64,000 nt of DNA. It comes from an uncultured Nitrospiraceae bacterium (lineage in GTDB: Bacteria; Nitrospirota; Thermodesulfovibrionia; Thermodesulfovibrionales; Dissulfurispiraceae). The stretch is taken from NCBI GenBank assembly GCA_963705105.1, contig CAVPIW010000006.1:96001-160000 (forward strand). The letters are read 5' to 3'. The notes under the pieces are model-generated. The model saw nothing but the letters and a program-made list of their open reading frames with translations, had not been told where the DNA came from and made no database searches. Positions 21,854 through 32,932 of this stretch are shown here, piece after piece; within the stretch, counting starts at the first letter, position 1, and every line of letters starts with the position of its first letter. The translations under genes were made by a program, and so were the position numbers.

Positions 21854-24800
21854 ATGGAGGATATTTATTCTCTTTTCCAGAAGCCGAAAAATCCGAGGGA
21901 TTTTGACGCCATACGCATAAAACTCGCCTCTCCCGAAAAGATCAGGGAATGGTCCTACGGCGAGGTGAAGAAACCGGAGACGATCAACTACCGCACCTTC
22001 AAGCCGGAGCATGACGGCCTGTTCTGCGCGAAGATTTTCGGCCCCGTCAAGGATTGGGAGTGCCTCTGCGGCAAATACAAGAGGATGAAGCACCGCGGCG
22101 TCATCTGCGACAAGTGCGGCGTCGAGGTGATCCAGTCAAAGGTGCGGCGCGAGAGGATGGGTCACATAGAGGTCGCCACGCCCGTTGCGCATGTCTGGTT
22201 TTTGCGGGGCGTGCCGAGCAGGATCGGGACGCTTCTCGATATGACGATCCGCCAGCTCGAGAAGGTCCTCTATTTCGAGGAATATACTGTCATAGACGCC
22301 GGGGACACGCCGCTCAAGGAAAAGGAGCTGCTCTCGGAAGAGGACTACAAAAAGAAGCTCACGGAGTTCGGGAGCCGCTTCAAGGCCGGCATGGGCGCCG
22401 AGGCGATCAGGGAGCTGCTCAGGAAGGTCGATCTGAATGTCCTGGCGACGGACCTGAAAGAGAAGATCAATGCCGCCTCTTCGCTCAGCGTCAAGCGGAA
22501 GCTGACGAAGCGCCTGAGGATCGTCGAGGCCTTTCTCCGGTCCGCGAACAAGCCCGAATGGATGATCCTCGACATCATTCCCGTGCTCCCTCCGGACCTG
22601 AGGCCCCTGGTTCCTCTGGACGGCGGCCGTTTCGCCACATCGGACCTCAATGATCTTTACCGCCGCGTCATCAACAGGAACAACAGACTCAAGAGGCTCA
22701 TGGAGCTCAAGGCGCCGGGCGTGATCATCAAGAACGAGAAACGCATGCTCCAGGAGGCGGTGGACGCGCTCTTCGACAACAGCAAGAAGGCGAAGGTCCT
22801 GAAGACGGGCGGCAAGCGGCCCCTCAAATCCCTGAGCGACATGATCAAGGGCAAGCAGGGCCGGTTCCGGCAGAACCTGCTCGGCAAGAGGGTCGATTAT
22901 TCGGGCCGGTCCGTCATTGTCGTCGGACCGGAGCTCAACCTCAACCAGTGCGGCATCCCGAAGCGGATGGCCCTGGAGCTGTTCAAGCCCTTCGTCTTCA
23001 ACAAGCTCGAGGAGAAGGGCTTTGCGACGACGATCAAACAGGCGAAGCGTCTCGTCGAGCGGGAAAAGCACGAAGTGTGGGACGCCCTCGAGGAGGTCAT
23101 CCAGGAACACCCCGTGCTCCTGAACCGCGCTCCCACGCTCCACCGGCTCGGCATCCAGGCCTTCGATCCCATCCTGATCGAGGGCAAGGCGATCAAGCTC
23201 CACCCCCTCGTCTGCACGGCCTTCAACGCCGACTTCGACGGTGACCAGATGGCTGTTCACGTCCCCCTGTCGATCGAGGCACAGATCGAGGCGCGGGTGC
23301 TCATGATGTCGATCCACAACCTCCTGTCGCCTGCGAACGGAAAGCCCATCGTTGTGCCGACGCAGGACATGGTCCTCGGCATCTACTACCTGACGAAGCA
23401 GAGGACGGGCGCCCGCGGCGAGGGAAAGATCTTCGCCGATCACGAGGACGTGAGGGTCGCCTATGATTCGGGTGTCGTCGATGAGCACGCCAAAATCAAG
23501 GTACGGCTGGACGGGGAATACGTCGAGACGACGACGGGCCGTCTCCTCTTCAGGGAGATCCTGCCGCCGGACGTGCCCTTCTCGATGGTGAACAAGGAGC
23601 TGACGAAAAAGGAACTGGGCAAGCTGATAGAGTATATTCACAAGGTGCTCGGGAAGCGTCAGACCGTCGTGTTCCTGAACAGGCTCGAAAAGCTCGGGTT
23701 CCGGTATGCAACCCTTTCGGGCATCTCCATCTGCATCGACGACATGCATATTCCGTCAAAGAAGCCCGAGCTGATCCGCGACGCCGAGCAGGAGGTGATC
23801 GAGGTGCAGAGGCAGTACGCCGACGGTCTTATCACCCAGGGCGAGCGGTACAACAAGGTCATCGACGTCTGGGCGAACGTGACGGAGAAGGTCGCTGACG
23901 AGATGATGCTGGAACTGGGCGCCGAAGACGGCAAGGCACTCGAAGAGGACGTGCTCCGGCAGAGGCGGTCCTTCAACAACATCTTCATGATGGCTGACTC
24001 CGGTGCAAGGGGAAGCGTCGCCCAGATCAGGCAGCTCGCCGGCATGAGGGGCCTCATGGCGAAACCGTCCGGTGAGATCATCGAGACGCCGATTACGGCG
24101 AACTTCAGGGAGGGCCTCACTCCCCTGCAGTATTACATCTCGACCTCGGGAGCGCGGAAAGGCCTCGCCGATACGGCGCTGAAGACGGCCAACGCCGGAT
24201 ACCTGACACGGAGACTCGTCGACGTCGCCCAGGATGTCATCCTGATCGAGCACGACTGCGGGACGACGGACGGCATCATGATATCTCCTCTCATCGAGGG
24301 GGGAGAAATCATACAACCCCTGGAGGAGAGAATTTTCGGGAGGACCCTTGCGGAATCGGTCAAGGACCCCGTCAACGCTGAAGTCCTGGTGGCCAGGAAC
24401 GTCGAGATCGACGAGGACCTGGCAAGGAAGATCGTCGACGCCGGTGTTGACCGGGTGAAGATTCGCTCCGTTCTTACCTGCACGTCGAAGAACAGCGTCT
24501 GCGGGAGGTGTTACGGACGGGACCTTGCCAGGGGAGGGGCCATCGAGATCGGGGAAGCCATCGGGATCATCGCCGCCCAGTCCATCGGCGAGCCGGGCAC
24601 GCAGCTCACGATGCGGACCTTCCACATCGGCGGCGCTGCGACAAAGATCATCGAGCAGGCGACACTCATGGCGAAGAACTCGGGATTCATCAAGTTCATC
24701 GATGTCAACGCCGTCAAGAACAGGGAGGGCGTCCTGATCGTTCTGAACAGGAACGCGATGATAGCCATTATAGACAAGACGGGGCGCGAGAAGGAGAAAT

Positions 24801-25960
24801 ACAACCTCGTCTACGGGGCGCGTATTTTCGTCGAAGACGGCACGGCCATCGAATCGGGGCAGCGTCTTGTCGAGTGGGATCCCTACTCGACGCCGATCCT
24901 GACGGAAATCGGCGGCAAGATCGCCCTTGGCGACATCGTCGAGGGTATGACCGTCAAGGAGGAGGTCGATGAAACGACGGGTCTCGCCCACAAGGTCATC
25001 ATCGACTACCCCGCGAGCATGAGACCGAGGATCTCCATCAAGGACGAGCAGGGCAGGACGGCCAAGATACCCGACACGAACAACCTCGCCCGGTACCTGC
25101 TTCCTGCCGGCGCTCATATCCTCGTCGACAAGAACGACATCATCTATCCCGGCGATATCCTTGCGAAGATTCCCAGGGAAACGACGAAGACGAAGGACAT
25201 CACGGGCGGTCTGCCGAGGGTGGCGGAGCTCTTCGAGGCCCGGAGGCCGAAGGAGCAGGCCATCGTCACGGAGATCGACGGCATCGTCGAGTTCAGGGGC
25301 GCCCACAAAGGCATGCGTGTCGTCGTCGTCAGGGGCGGAGAGGAATCGCGTGAGTATCTCATCCCGAAAGGCAAGCACGTCACCGTCCACGAGGGTGACT
25401 GGGTGAAGGCCGGCGAACCTCTTATGGACGGCGCCGTCAATCCCCACAGCATCCTCGACATCCTGGGCCCCACGGAGCTCCAGAGGTATCTCGTCGACGA
25501 GGTCCAGAAGGTCTATCGCCTCCAGGGTGTCTCGATCAACGACAAGCACATCGAGGTCATCGTGCGGCAGATGATGAAGAAGATCAGGATCGAGGACCCC
25601 GGCGACACGGGCTTCCTCATCGGCGATGAAGTGGACAGGATGATCTTCTCGGAGGTGAATGCGCAGGTGCGTGAGGAAGACGGCCGTCCCGCCCAGGGAA
25701 GACCCCTGCTCCTCGGCATCACCAAGGCCTCCCTCTCAACGGAGAGCTGGGTGTCCGCCGCCTCCTTCCAGGAGACGACGAGGGTGCTCACCGAGGCGGC
25801 GCTGGACGGCGACGTTGACGAGCTGCGGGGGCTCAAGGAAAACGTGATCATGGGAAGGATCATCCCGGCAGGCACGGGCATGCCCGTCTACCGCGACACG
25901 TTCATCAAGGGCGACTTTTACAAAATGCAGATCGAAGAGGCGGAGCAGACGGAGAACTGA
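21854..25960 (+). CDS. rpoC: RNA polymerase beta' subunit
   Basis: Zn finger, [15 protein letters not shown]. Confidence 0.99.
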   Translation: MEDIYSLFQKPKNPRDFDAIRIKLASPEKIREWSYGEVKKPETINYRTFKPEHDGLFCAKIFGPVKDWECLCGKYKRMKHRGVICDKCGVEVIQSKVRRERMGHIEVATPVAHVWFLRGVPSRIGTLLDMTIRQLEKVLYFEEYTVIDAGDTPLKEKELLSEEDYKKKLTEFGSRFKAGMGAEAIRELLRKVDLNVLATDLKEKINAASSLSVKRKLTKRLRIVEAFLRSANKPEWMILDIIPVLPPDLRPLVPLDGGRFATSDLNDLYRRVINRNNRLKRLMELKAPGVIIKNEKRMLQEAVDALFDNSKKAKVLKTGGKRPLKSLSDMIKGKQGRFRQNLLGKRVDYSGRSVIVVGPELNLNQCGIPKRMALELFKPFVFNKLEEKGFATTIKQAKRLVEREKHEVWDALEEVIQEHPVLLNRAPTLHRLGIQAFDPILIEGKAIKLHPLVCTAFNADFDGDQMAVHVPLSIEAQIEARVLMMSIHNLLSPANGKPIVVPTQDMVLGIYYLTKQRTGARGEGKIFADHEDVRVAYDSGVVDEHAKIKVRLDGEYVETTTGRLLFREILPPDVPFSMVNKELTKKELGKLIEYIHKVLGKRQTVVFLNRLEKLGFRYATLSGISICIDDMHIPSKKPELIRDAEQEVIEVQRQYADGLITQGERYNKVIDVWANVTEKVADEMMLELGAEDGKALEEDVLRQRRSFNNIFMMADSGARGSVAQIRQLAGMRGLMAKPSGEIIETPITANFREGLTPLQYYISTSGARKGLADTALKTANAGYLTRRLVDVAQDVILIEHDCGTTDGIMISPLIEGGEIIQPLEERIFGRTLAESVKDPVNAEVLVARNVEIDEDLARKIVDAGVDRVKIRSVLTCTSKNSVCGRCYGRDLARGGAIEIGEAIGIIAAQSIGEPGTQLTMRTFHIGGAATKIIEQATLMAKNSGFIKFIDVNAVKNREGVLIVLNRNAMIAIIDKTGREKEKYNLVYGARIFVEDGTAIESGQRLVEWDPYSTPILTEIGGKIALGDIVEGMTVKEEVDETTGLAHKVIIDYPASMRPRISIKDEQGRTAKIPDTNNLARYLLPAGAHILVDKNDIIYPGDILAKIPRETTKTKDITGGLPRVAELFEARRPKEQAIVTEIDGIVEFRGAHKGMRVVVVRGGEESREYLIPKGKHVTVHEGDWVKAGEPLMDGAVNPHSILDILGPTELQRYLVDEVQKVYRLQGVSINDKHIEVIVRQMMKKIRIEDPGDTGFLIGDEVDRMIFSEVNAQVREEDGRPAQGRPLLLGITKASLSTESWVSAASFQETTRVLTEAALDGDVDELRGLKENVIMGRIIPAGTGMPVYRDTFIKGDFYKMQIEEAEQTEN

Positions 25961-26000
25961 CCGTCGGACTCTCCTCATCGACCATCAGCGACAACGAGGC

Positions 26001-26561
26001 GTGGCGCCTGAAAAGAAGACGCCACGCCTCGACGTGTTTATGATGTGTGCTCCGCGTTTTGTGTCTGATGTGATGCTCGGGAGCCTCTCGAAGTGGCTCA
26101 GAATCCTCGGGTTCGACACTCTCTATTTCAGGAGGGCCGACGATCATGAGCTCATCAGGATCGCCCTCAGGGAGCAGAGGACGCTCATCACGCGGGACAG
26201 CGGGCTGGCGCGCCGGTGCGGACGTCCCGGCCACCCGCCCTGCATCTCCATCATCTCACAGAGAACATCCGATCAGGTCAGGGAAGTCCTTTCAGCCGTC
26301 TCCGCATCCCTGCCCCCTTTGCCGGCAGGACCGCCGCGCTGCGTCGTATGCAACGGTGAACTCTCCCCTGCCGGCAGGGCGTCCGTTTTCGGGGATGTCC
26401 CTGAGTTCGTCTACAGGAACAGGGATTCTTTTTTTCGGTGTCTGAGCTGTGGTAAAGTGTACTGGGAAGGGTCCCACAGGCGGCATATCGAAGAGACGAT
26501 CAGGCGGATCCTCGGCGATGCCGGCAGATGCGGTGAGGATTTGCCGGAGGTTGCGGAATGA
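26001..26561 (+). CDS. Mut7-C (PIN-like) RNase domain protein
   Basis: DVMLGSLSKWLRILGFDT, ITRD, RCVVCN...CLSCGKVYWEGSH. Confidence 0.85.
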   Translation: MAPEKKTPRLDVFMMCAPRFVSDVMLGSLSKWLRILGFDTLYFRRADDHELIRIALREQRTLITRDSGLARRCGRPGHPPCISIISQRTSDQVREVLSAVSASLPPLPAGPPRCVVCNGELSPAGRASVFGDVPEFVYRNRDSFFRCLSCGKVYWEGSHRRHIEETIRRILGDAGRCGEDLPEVAE

Positions 26562-26616
26562 CGTCTCCTGCCCGTTTTTCGATTGCTGAAACAACGGTGT
26601 CCGAAACAATAAGAAG

Positions 26617-27615
26617 ATGAGCAGTCCGAAAACAACGTATCTCTTTCCCTTTGCCCTGATCGGCTGTATCATCACCCTCGGGACAACGGGGTATATCCTG
26701 ATCGAAGGGTGGGGCTTCCTCGATGCGCTGTACATGACGATCATCACGCTCACGACGGTCGGATTCAGGGAGATCCATGTCTTGTCGGATCGGGGCATCG
26801 TCTTTACGATCGTCCTTATCGTCGGAGGGGTGGGCACTGTTCTCTATGCCCTGAGCACCGGAGCGAGAGTCCTGATGGAAGGAGAAATTCAAGAGGCCCT
26901 CGGGAGGAAAAGATTGGAAAAGAGAATCAGGGAATTGCGGGACCACTATATCATCTGCGGCTTCGGCAGGATGGGAAAGATCATCAGCAGGGAACTGAGG
27001 GAGAACAACATACACTTTGTCGCAGTTGAAAGAGACCCGGAAGTGACTCAGGAGCATCAAAACATACTCATGATGGCCGGAGATGCCACGAAGGACGAAG
27101 TCCTGAAGGAGGCGGGCATCGAGCGGGCGAAGGGGCTTGTTTCGGTCCTTTCTTCGGACGCCGAGAACCTCTTCGTCGTCCTGACGGCACGGGGGCTCAA
27201 CCCCGACCTGTTCATCGTCGCCCGGGCCGGTGAGGAGGGATCGGAGAGCAAGCTCCTCAGGGCCGGCGCCGACAAGGTCGTCTCGCCCTATCACATCGGG
27301 GGCCTCAGGATGGCCTATACTGTTTTGAAACCGGCCGTCGTCGAGTTCATCGAGTTTGCCACGAAGAGCGGAAACATCGATCTCCAGATGGAGGAGGTCA
27401 CCATCGGGGTGTCATCTCCCCTCGCCGGACTGACCCTCGACCAGTGCGGCATCGGCAAGGGACTCGGGATCATCATCGTTGCCATAAAGAAGACAGACGG
27501 CGACATGAAGTTTAATCCCACGTTCAGAACGGCCATCCACGTTGGTGACACCCTCATCGCCCTCGGTGAAATTACGAAATTAAAGGTCCTTGAAGACATG
27601 GCCCTGGGCAGATGA
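26617..27615 (+). CDS. Two-TM potassium channel with RCK (TrkA-N/TrkA-C) domains
   Basis: TLTTVGF selectivity filter, ICGFGRMG Rossmann motif. Confidence 0.9.
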   Translation: MSSPKTTYLFPFALIGCIITLGTTGYILIEGWGFLDALYMTIITLTTVGFREIHVLSDRGIVFTIVLIVGGVGTVLYALSTGARVLMEGEIQEALGRKRLEKRIRELRDHYIICGFGRMGKIISRELRENNIHFVAVERDPEVTQEHQNILMMAGDATKDEVLKEAGIERAKGLVSVLSSDAENLFVVLTARGLNPDLFIVARAGEEGSESKLLRAGADKVVSPYHIGGLRMAYTVLKPAVVEFIEFATKSGNIDLQMEEVTIGVSSPLAGLTLDQCGIGKGLGIIIVAIKKTDGDMKFNPTFRTAIHVGDTLIALGEITKLKVLEDMALGR

Positions 27616-27646
27616 CGTGCTGCTTTTCCGACAGAGGGCGGCGTGA

Positions 27647-28474
27647 GTGAGAAAAGGACCGGTGAAGCGGAGAGAATCCTTCTCAACCCTCTTCGAACAC
27701 CTCCAGGGTTTCATTCTTGCGTCTTTCGTCATCATCAGCATCCTCGCCGCGACGATCGGGTATCGGTACTACCGGTACACGCAGGACGAGCCTGACTTCT
27801 GCGCTTCCTGCCACCTGATGCAGGCGGCATATTCAGAGTGGCAGAAGGGAAAACACAGCCACATCGTCTGCCAGGCCTGCCATCATCTCAGCCTGCTGGA
27901 ACAGAACCGCATCATGGTCGCCTTCCTCGTCAAAGGGAACAAGCCCCTCCTGCAGTCGCACGGGCGTGAAAAACCATGGAGTGCCTGTATCGAATGCCAT
28001 GGAGACGAGCTGGCGCCGCAACCGGAAAAAGGGCAGAGGGGCTACGGCCATGCGCTCCATGTCTCACTTCAGCACGTCGACTGCATCGGGTGTCACAAGA
28101 CGGCGCTCCATTCCTTTCATCCCGCCGAAAGGGTCTGTGTCACCTGCCATAAGGACCGGGAGATTCACGGCGCCGGCATGGAGACGCTGACCTGTCTCAA
28201 ATGCCATTCCTTCACAAGAAAGTCGCCGGGCCTGCTGCCCCACGACAGCTGCATTGCCTGCCATAAGGCCGCTGTGTCTTCAGGCCCCATGGCCGGCCTC
28301 GCCTGTCATCAGTGTCACAAGCCCCATGAGAAAAAGGCGATCCTGTCCTGCACCGGATCGTGCCATGAGGCGGAGACCCTCAGTGAACCTCACGCCGCGT
28401 ATGAGAAGAAGAATATGCCCTGCATCAGGTGTCACAAACCGCATACCTGGACACCCGCCTCCCGCCAGCGGTAA
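27647..28474 (+). CDS. Membrane-anchored multiheme cytochrome c (NapC/NirT-like N-terminus), 10 heme motifs
   Basis: One N-terminal TM helix; 9 CxxCH plus one CxxxCH counted. Confidence 0.85.
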   Translation: MRKGPVKRRESFSTLFEHLQGFILASFVIISILAATIGYRYYRYTQDEPDFCASCHLMQAAYSEWQKGKHSHIVCQACHHLSLLEQNRIMVAFLVKGNKPLLQSHGREKPWSACIECHGDELAPQPEKGQRGYGHALHVSLQHVDCIGCHKTALHSFHPAERVCVTCHKDREIHGAGMETLTCLKCHSFTRKSPGLLPHDSCIACHKAAVSSGPMAGLACHQCHKPHEKKAILSCTGSCHEAETLSEPHAAYEKKNMPCIRCHKPHTWTPASRQR

Positions 28475-28481
28475 GAAAACT

Positions 28482-28575
28482 CTATCGTTGCATACGCCTC
28501 CCGGAAAGGCGGGGCTGGGGTGCATGCGCCGAAAACCTTGCTGATAAAGGCGCTGCCTTCCTGTCGGTGCGTTCG
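28482..28575 (+). repeat. Inverted-arm element, copy 5 (left arm plus a short interior only)
   Basis: CTATCGTTGCATACGCCTCCCGGAAAGGCGGGG...GCGCCGAAAACCTTGCTG. Confidence 0.8.
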
Positions 28576-28611
28576 TGGTTCTGTTCCAATTGCCGACTGC
28601 AACATCAGCCG

Positions 28612-29124
28612 CTACTGAAGCGTTTTGATGACGCCGAGCGCATTTTCGTAGTCCGGCGGGTTCGTGATCTCCGGGACGATTTCGACATGGCGGACCGTAT
28701 TCGTTTTGTCGATGACGAAAATCGCCCGTGTCAGCAGCCGCAGTTCCTTGATGACGACACCGTATGCCGAGCCGAATGAGAGGTCCCGGTGATCAGACAG
28801 GGCTTTCACCTTGTCGATGCCTGCGGCGGCGCAGAACCGCGCGATGGCAAAGGGCAGGTCGACGCTCATGTTGAGCAAAACGACGTTCCCCGGCAGGTTT
28901 GCCGCCTCCTGGTTGAACCTCCTCGCCTGCATGTCGCAGACGGGCGTGTCCAGAGAGGGAGTGACGCTGATGACCTTGACGGCGTCACCGAAATCGCTCA
29001 GGTGCACCGGCTGGAGTTCCGCGTTCAAAACGGTGAAGTCGGGGGCCCTGTCCCCTGTCTTGATTTCATTGCCTTCGAGCGTGAGCGGATTGCCCATGAA
29101 TGTAATGAGACCTTTGCGTTCCAT
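28612..29124 (-). CDS. tpx: Thiol peroxidase (atypical 2-Cys peroxiredoxin)
   Basis: PSLDTPVC, SVDLPFA..RFC, PDY motifs. Confidence 0.95.
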   Translation of the reverse strand: MERKGLITFMGNPLTLEGNEIKTGDRAPDFTVLNAELQPVHLSDFGDAVKVISVTPSLDTPVCDMQARRFNQEAANLPGNVVLLNMSVDLPFAIARFCAAAGIDKVKALSDHRDLSFGSAYGVVIKELRLLTRAIFVIDKTNTVRHVEIVPEITNPPDYENALGVIKTLQ

Positions 29125-29309
29125 TGTTGTCCTCCCTGACGGATCGTAATATTCAGATGAGATCCCGATCTACAAGGGTCGCCCATCGGACCGGTATTTG
29201 TCAACTATTGTCTCTTGTTTTTCGCATTCCTGCAAAAGCAACCCTCTTTTTCGCAGGAATGCAAAGATATTCTCGCAGTAGAATGACAGAAATACAATGA
29301 GATAAGCAT

Positions 29310-29325
29310 TGGCACGGGACGTGCT
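29310..29325 (+). promoter_or_regulatory. Probable sigma54 promoter
   Basis: TGGCAC-GGGAC-GTGCT, 40 nt upstream of an RBS/ATG. Confidence 0.6.
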
Positions 29326-29364
29326 TCTATGAATGGCATGAACAGCTCAAAAGGAGGCAGGACG

Positions 29365-29679
29365 ATGAAAACGAACGAGACGGCAAAAAAGGGATTGGTC
29401 ATCGGGGCAGGCATCGGGGTCGTCCTGTTTGCGATCATCGGGTTTCTGCCGGGCTCCTTCATCGGCGGCGTCGTCGGCATGAACATCGCGGGGATGCCTC
29501 TGGAGCCGACGATCGGCACGCGGATGATCATGGCGGTATCGATGGTGTTCGGTATCCTCGTGGCGGGCTTTGTCTGCGTGACCGGCACGGCCCTGGCGGG
29601 ATGGATCGTCGGGAGCATTGCAGGGCATGTCCGGACGGCACGGGCGCAGGAAGCGGCGATTGAAAACATTAGACATTAG
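29365..29679 (+). CDS. Small Gly-rich membrane protein, paralog 1
   Basis: AAGGAGG RBS; GAGIG..FAIIGFLPGSFIGG...EPTIGTR. Confidence 0.75.
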   Translation: MKTNETAKKGLVIGAGIGVVLFAIIGFLPGSFIGGVVGMNIAGMPLEPTIGTRMIMAVSMVFGILVAGFVCVTGTALAGWIVGSIAGHVRTARAQEAAIENIRH

Positions 29680-29749
29680 ACAGCAGAAAATAGACAGTAG
29701 AAAAAAAGAAACAAAGAAACAATAAACAGAAAGGCAAGGAGGACACGAG

Positions 29750-30073
29750 ATGAAAGACATGGTGAGGACGGGGACGAAGGCAGGGGCGGCACTGGGAGGA
29801 TTGGCCTTTGTAGTGTTCGGGATCATCCCGGGATATCATTTCGGCAGTTACGGGACGCTGATGATGCTGAAGCACCTGCTGGGAGAGGCCGTGGAGCCGA
29901 CGATCTTTGTAAGGCTGGCAGTGGCGGTGGGGATCATCTTCGGAATCGCCTGCATGGCATCGGTGAGCATCGTGATGGGCTCGATCGTGGGGACGATGTT
30001 CGGGTATGTGGCAAAGGCCTTCAGCGGAGCGGCGGAGACGAAGAAGACCGTCGAGGTGAAGCAGTCTCAGTAG
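29750..30073 (+). CDS. Small Gly-rich membrane protein, paralog 2
   Basis: AGGAGG RBS; GAALGG..FVVFGIIPGYHFG...EPTIFVR aligns with the upstream gene. Confidence 0.75.
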   Translation: MKDMVRTGTKAGAALGGLAFVVFGIIPGYHFGSYGTLMMLKHLLGEAVEPTIFVRLAVAVGIIFGIACMASVSIVMGSIVGTMFGYVAKAFSGAAETKKTVEVKQSQ

Positions 30074-30100
30074 AAGGACAGTCGGAAGGACAGACCATCC

Positions 30101-30124
30101 GGGGAGCTTCGGCTCCCCTTTTTT
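30101..30124 (+). terminator. Rho-independent terminator
   Basis: GGGGAGC-TTCG-GCTCCCC-TTTTTT. Confidence 0.85.
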
Positions 30125-30125
30125 G

Positions 30126-30313
30126 CTTTGCAGCTGCTTGAAAAGGCGGGTCGAAGCGCTCTGAAAAACAGTGTCAGTGTGAGTGTCAGTAAAAAGGCTC
30201 ACTTTTTCGACCATCGGGCTGCAACGATGCTTTTGTGACGGTTACGGTGTCGCCGCACCAAGGTTTTCGGCGCATACACCCCGCCTTTCCGGAAGGTGTA
30301 TACAACGATAAGG
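30126..30313 (-). repeat. Inverted-arm element, copy 6
   Basis: GAAAAGGCGGGTCGAAGCGCTCTGAAAAACAGTGTCAGTGTGAG...CAAGGTTTTCGGCGCATACACCCCGCCTTTCCGG...CAACGATAAGG. Confidence 0.85.
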
Positions 30314-30550
30314 TTTTTTGCGCAGATCAGCCCCTCCGCCTCTCAAATGATCATAAGCAACTCTCTTTACAAGGTTTTTTCCTCATTTTCCCTTGACTAT
30401 TTCAGGACCGAGATTATACAATTGACAATAGCATGACGACAAGGAGATGGTCAGACAAAGCCTCTTGGATAACGATCAATCAGTCATTCCGATACATGTC
30501 GTGGCGCCACGTTTCTTCAAACGGAAATATCCTGAAAGTGAGCACACATC

Positions 30551-32932
30551 ATGAAACGTAGATTCCCCCAGTCTTTCTACAACCCGATCACTTTTGCCGG
30601 TGCTGCAATTGCCGCCGTGAGCTTCGGCCTGATTCTCATGCTCATTGCGGTCGAAATCCTCACGGAGCATCAGAAGCCCTACATGGGTATTATCACCTTC
30701 ATCATACTGCCGGCCTTTCTCATTATAGGCCTTCTGCTCATTGCAGCAGGCGCCATTCGCCAGCATCGCATCGGGGTCTCCGGGGGACCGCCGGAAATAC
30801 GTCTGCCCTCGATCGATCTCAATGACCCCCGCTATCGCGCGGCATTTATCGTTTTTTCCATCGGCACCTTACTGTTGCTTATGCTGACGGCCTTCGGCAG
30901 TTTCAAGGCTTACGAATACACCGATTCCGACCAGTTCTGCGGCACTATGTGTCATTCCGTCATGGGACCTGAATACACGGCTTATAGATACTCACCGCAC
31001 GCAAGGGTCGGATGCATAAAATGCCATATCGGCCCGGGCGCCGACTGGTTTGTCCGGTCGAAAATATCGGGTTCATACCAGATGTATGCGGTGATGTTCA
31101 ACAAGTACCCCCGGCCTATCCCGACACCGATCGAAAACCTGAGGCCTGCCCAGGAAACCTGCGAGCAGTGTCACTGGCCCAAGCAGTTCTTCAGCGAGAA
31201 ACTGAGCGTCAACACCTATTACCTGTCCGACGATCACAACACCCGGTGGACCCTGAATCTCCTCATGAAGATAGGAGGCGGCAACATCGAGGCCGGCCCG
31301 ACATCAGGCATCCACTGGCATATGAATATCGCCAACGAGGTGACATACGCCGAGGTGGACCCCAAGCGGCAGGTTATTCCCTGGATCCGCTCCAAAAAGC
31401 CTGACGGTTCCGTGAGGATATACCGAAGCACGGACGTGAAGCTGAGCGACGCGGAGATCGAAAAGGCGCCGAAGCGCCGCATGGACTGCATCGATTGTCA
31501 CAACCGGCCGTCCCATATCTACCATCCGCCTTCACAGTCTATCAACCACATGATGTATCTCGGATCGATTGACCCGTCGCTGCCGTACATTAAAGCCGTG
31601 GGGGTCAAGGCCCTCGAGACGGCCTATGACACGAAGGACGAGGGACTCAGAGGAATAGCCCGGCAGGTTGGTGAATTTTACGAAAAGAACTACCCTGAAA
31701 TAGCGAGGAGCAGGAAAGAACAGATCGACAGGGCCGTCTCGGAGTTGCAGACCATATACAGCAGAAACTATTTTCCCGAAATGAAGGTGAGCTGGAGGAT
31801 CTCTCCGGACAACATCGGCCACCTCTATTCTCCGGGCTGTTTCCGCTGCCATGACGGCAAGCATGTGAGCGAGGACGGGAAGGTCCTGTCCAAGGACTGC
31901 AATGTCTGTCACACCATTCTGGCCCAGCAGATCGACAAGGACCGTGTGGAGGCCTCCATAAAGGGTGTGGAATACCGCCATCCCGTCGATATCGGTGACG
32001 CCTGGATGGAAAAGGATTGCAGCAAGTGCCACGGCGGCAAAGACACCCTGGTCTACTTCCCCCACGCCGCAAGCACCACGTCATCGACGTGTCTTGTCTG
32101 TCACGATGCGATGAAGGGCAGGGTGAAGACGGCCGAGGGGGTGATGATCGACGTGCACATTGACGCGGGCCGGTACGGCAAGGCGGTGCACGGCGAGCTG
32201 GACTGCACGGCCTGCCACAGGAACTTCAGCGGGGGAGGGCACGGACCTGCCGGGGCGGCAGAGGTGCCGGCGGAGATCGCCTCGCTGGCCAAGAAGATCA
32301 AAGGCAAGGCCAAACTGGAACCCGTCGCCTACGCTGCCTGCATCGAATGCCACAAAGGGGCCTACACGCAGTGGCTGCAGAGCGTCCATGCCAAAAACGT
32401 CATTGACAAGGGCAGCAAAGACGGGGCCATCTGCACGGACTGCCACGGCGCTGCGCACTACATACAGCCCAAGGGAGTGAGGGAATCGAAAGTCCACTGG
32501 AGCGAAGTCGTCGAGACCTGCGGCCGGTGTCACGAAGACCCGGAGATCCTGAAGCGGTACGGCTACGGTGAGGAGATCCTGAAGCGGTACAAGGAGAGCT
32601 TCCACGGCAAGAAGCACAAGCTGGGGCAGAAGGAAGTGCCCACCTGCGCGAGCTGCCACGGCTACCACGGCGTGTGGAAGTGGACGGACCCGCAGTCACC
32701 CATGTCTGTGGACAAGAGGAAAGAGACCTGCGGGCGGTGCCATCCCGGGGCGACGGACAAATTTGTCGGGTCTGTCACCCACAAACCGGCGGGAGCGGTT
32801 GCGCACTATACGGAGAAAGGACTGATCGTTCTGGTCCTGGGGACCTTTTTGTTTATCTTCATCCACGTGATCCTCAACGTCTATGCGGACATCCGGGACT
32901 GGATATTCCGGAAAGGGGGCGGCCATGAGTGA
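30551..32932 (+). CDS. 14-heme inner-membrane cytochrome c: ImcH-like NapC/NirT module (7 hemes) fused to a CbcA-like module (7 hemes plus C-terminal TM)
   Basis: Three N-terminal TM helices; LRPAQETCEQCHWP, GIHWH, MDCIDCHNRP, GCFRCHDG, HPVDIGD resemble ImcH as recalled; seven more CxxCH and a C-terminal TM helix follow. Confidence 0.8.
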   Translation: MKRRFPQSFYNPITFAGAAIAAVSFGLILMLIAVEILTEHQKPYMGIITFIILPAFLIIGLLLIAAGAIRQHRIGVSGGPPEIRLPSIDLNDPRYRAAFIVFSIGTLLLLMLTAFGSFKAYEYTDSDQFCGTMCHSVMGPEYTAYRYSPHARVGCIKCHIGPGADWFVRSKISGSYQMYAVMFNKYPRPIPTPIENLRPAQETCEQCHWPKQFFSEKLSVNTYYLSDDHNTRWTLNLLMKIGGGNIEAGPTSGIHWHMNIANEVTYAEVDPKRQVIPWIRSKKPDGSVRIYRSTDVKLSDAEIEKAPKRRMDCIDCHNRPSHIYHPPSQSINHMMYLGSIDPSLPYIKAVGVKALETAYDTKDEGLRGIARQVGEFYEKNYPEIARSRKEQIDRAVSELQTIYSRNYFPEMKVSWRISPDNIGHLYSPGCFRCHDGKHVSEDGKVLSKDCNVCHTILAQQIDKDRVEASIKGVEYRHPVDIGDAWMEKDCSKCHGGKDTLVYFPHAASTTSSTCLVCHDAMKGRVKTAEGVMIDVHIDAGRYGKAVHGELDCTACHRNFSGGGHGPAGAAEVPAEIASLAKKIKGKAKLEPVAYAACIECHKGAYTQWLQSVHAKNVIDKGSKDGAICTDCHGAAHYIQPKGVRESKVHWSEVVETCGRCHEDPEILKRYGYGEEILKRYKESFHGKKHKLGQKEVPTCASCHGYHGVWKWTDPQSPMSVDKRKETCGRCHPGATDKFVGSVTHKPAGAVAHYTEKGLIVLVLGTFLFIFIHVILNVYADIRDWIFRKGGGHE

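Noticed and set aside
25960..26001. rpoC not followed by rpsL-rpsG-fusA
   Set aside because: This break in synteny is common and no mobile-element scar is visible
30320..30550. Possible c-di-GMP riboswitch upstream of the cytochrome operon
   Set aside because: The GEMM hallmarks (GGCAAAC..GAAA..GACGCAAAGC) were not found
32543..32590. 18-bp direct repeat GAGATCCTGAAGCGGTAC
   Set aside because: Only two copies, in frame inside a CDS (EILKRY twice); not CRISPR-like
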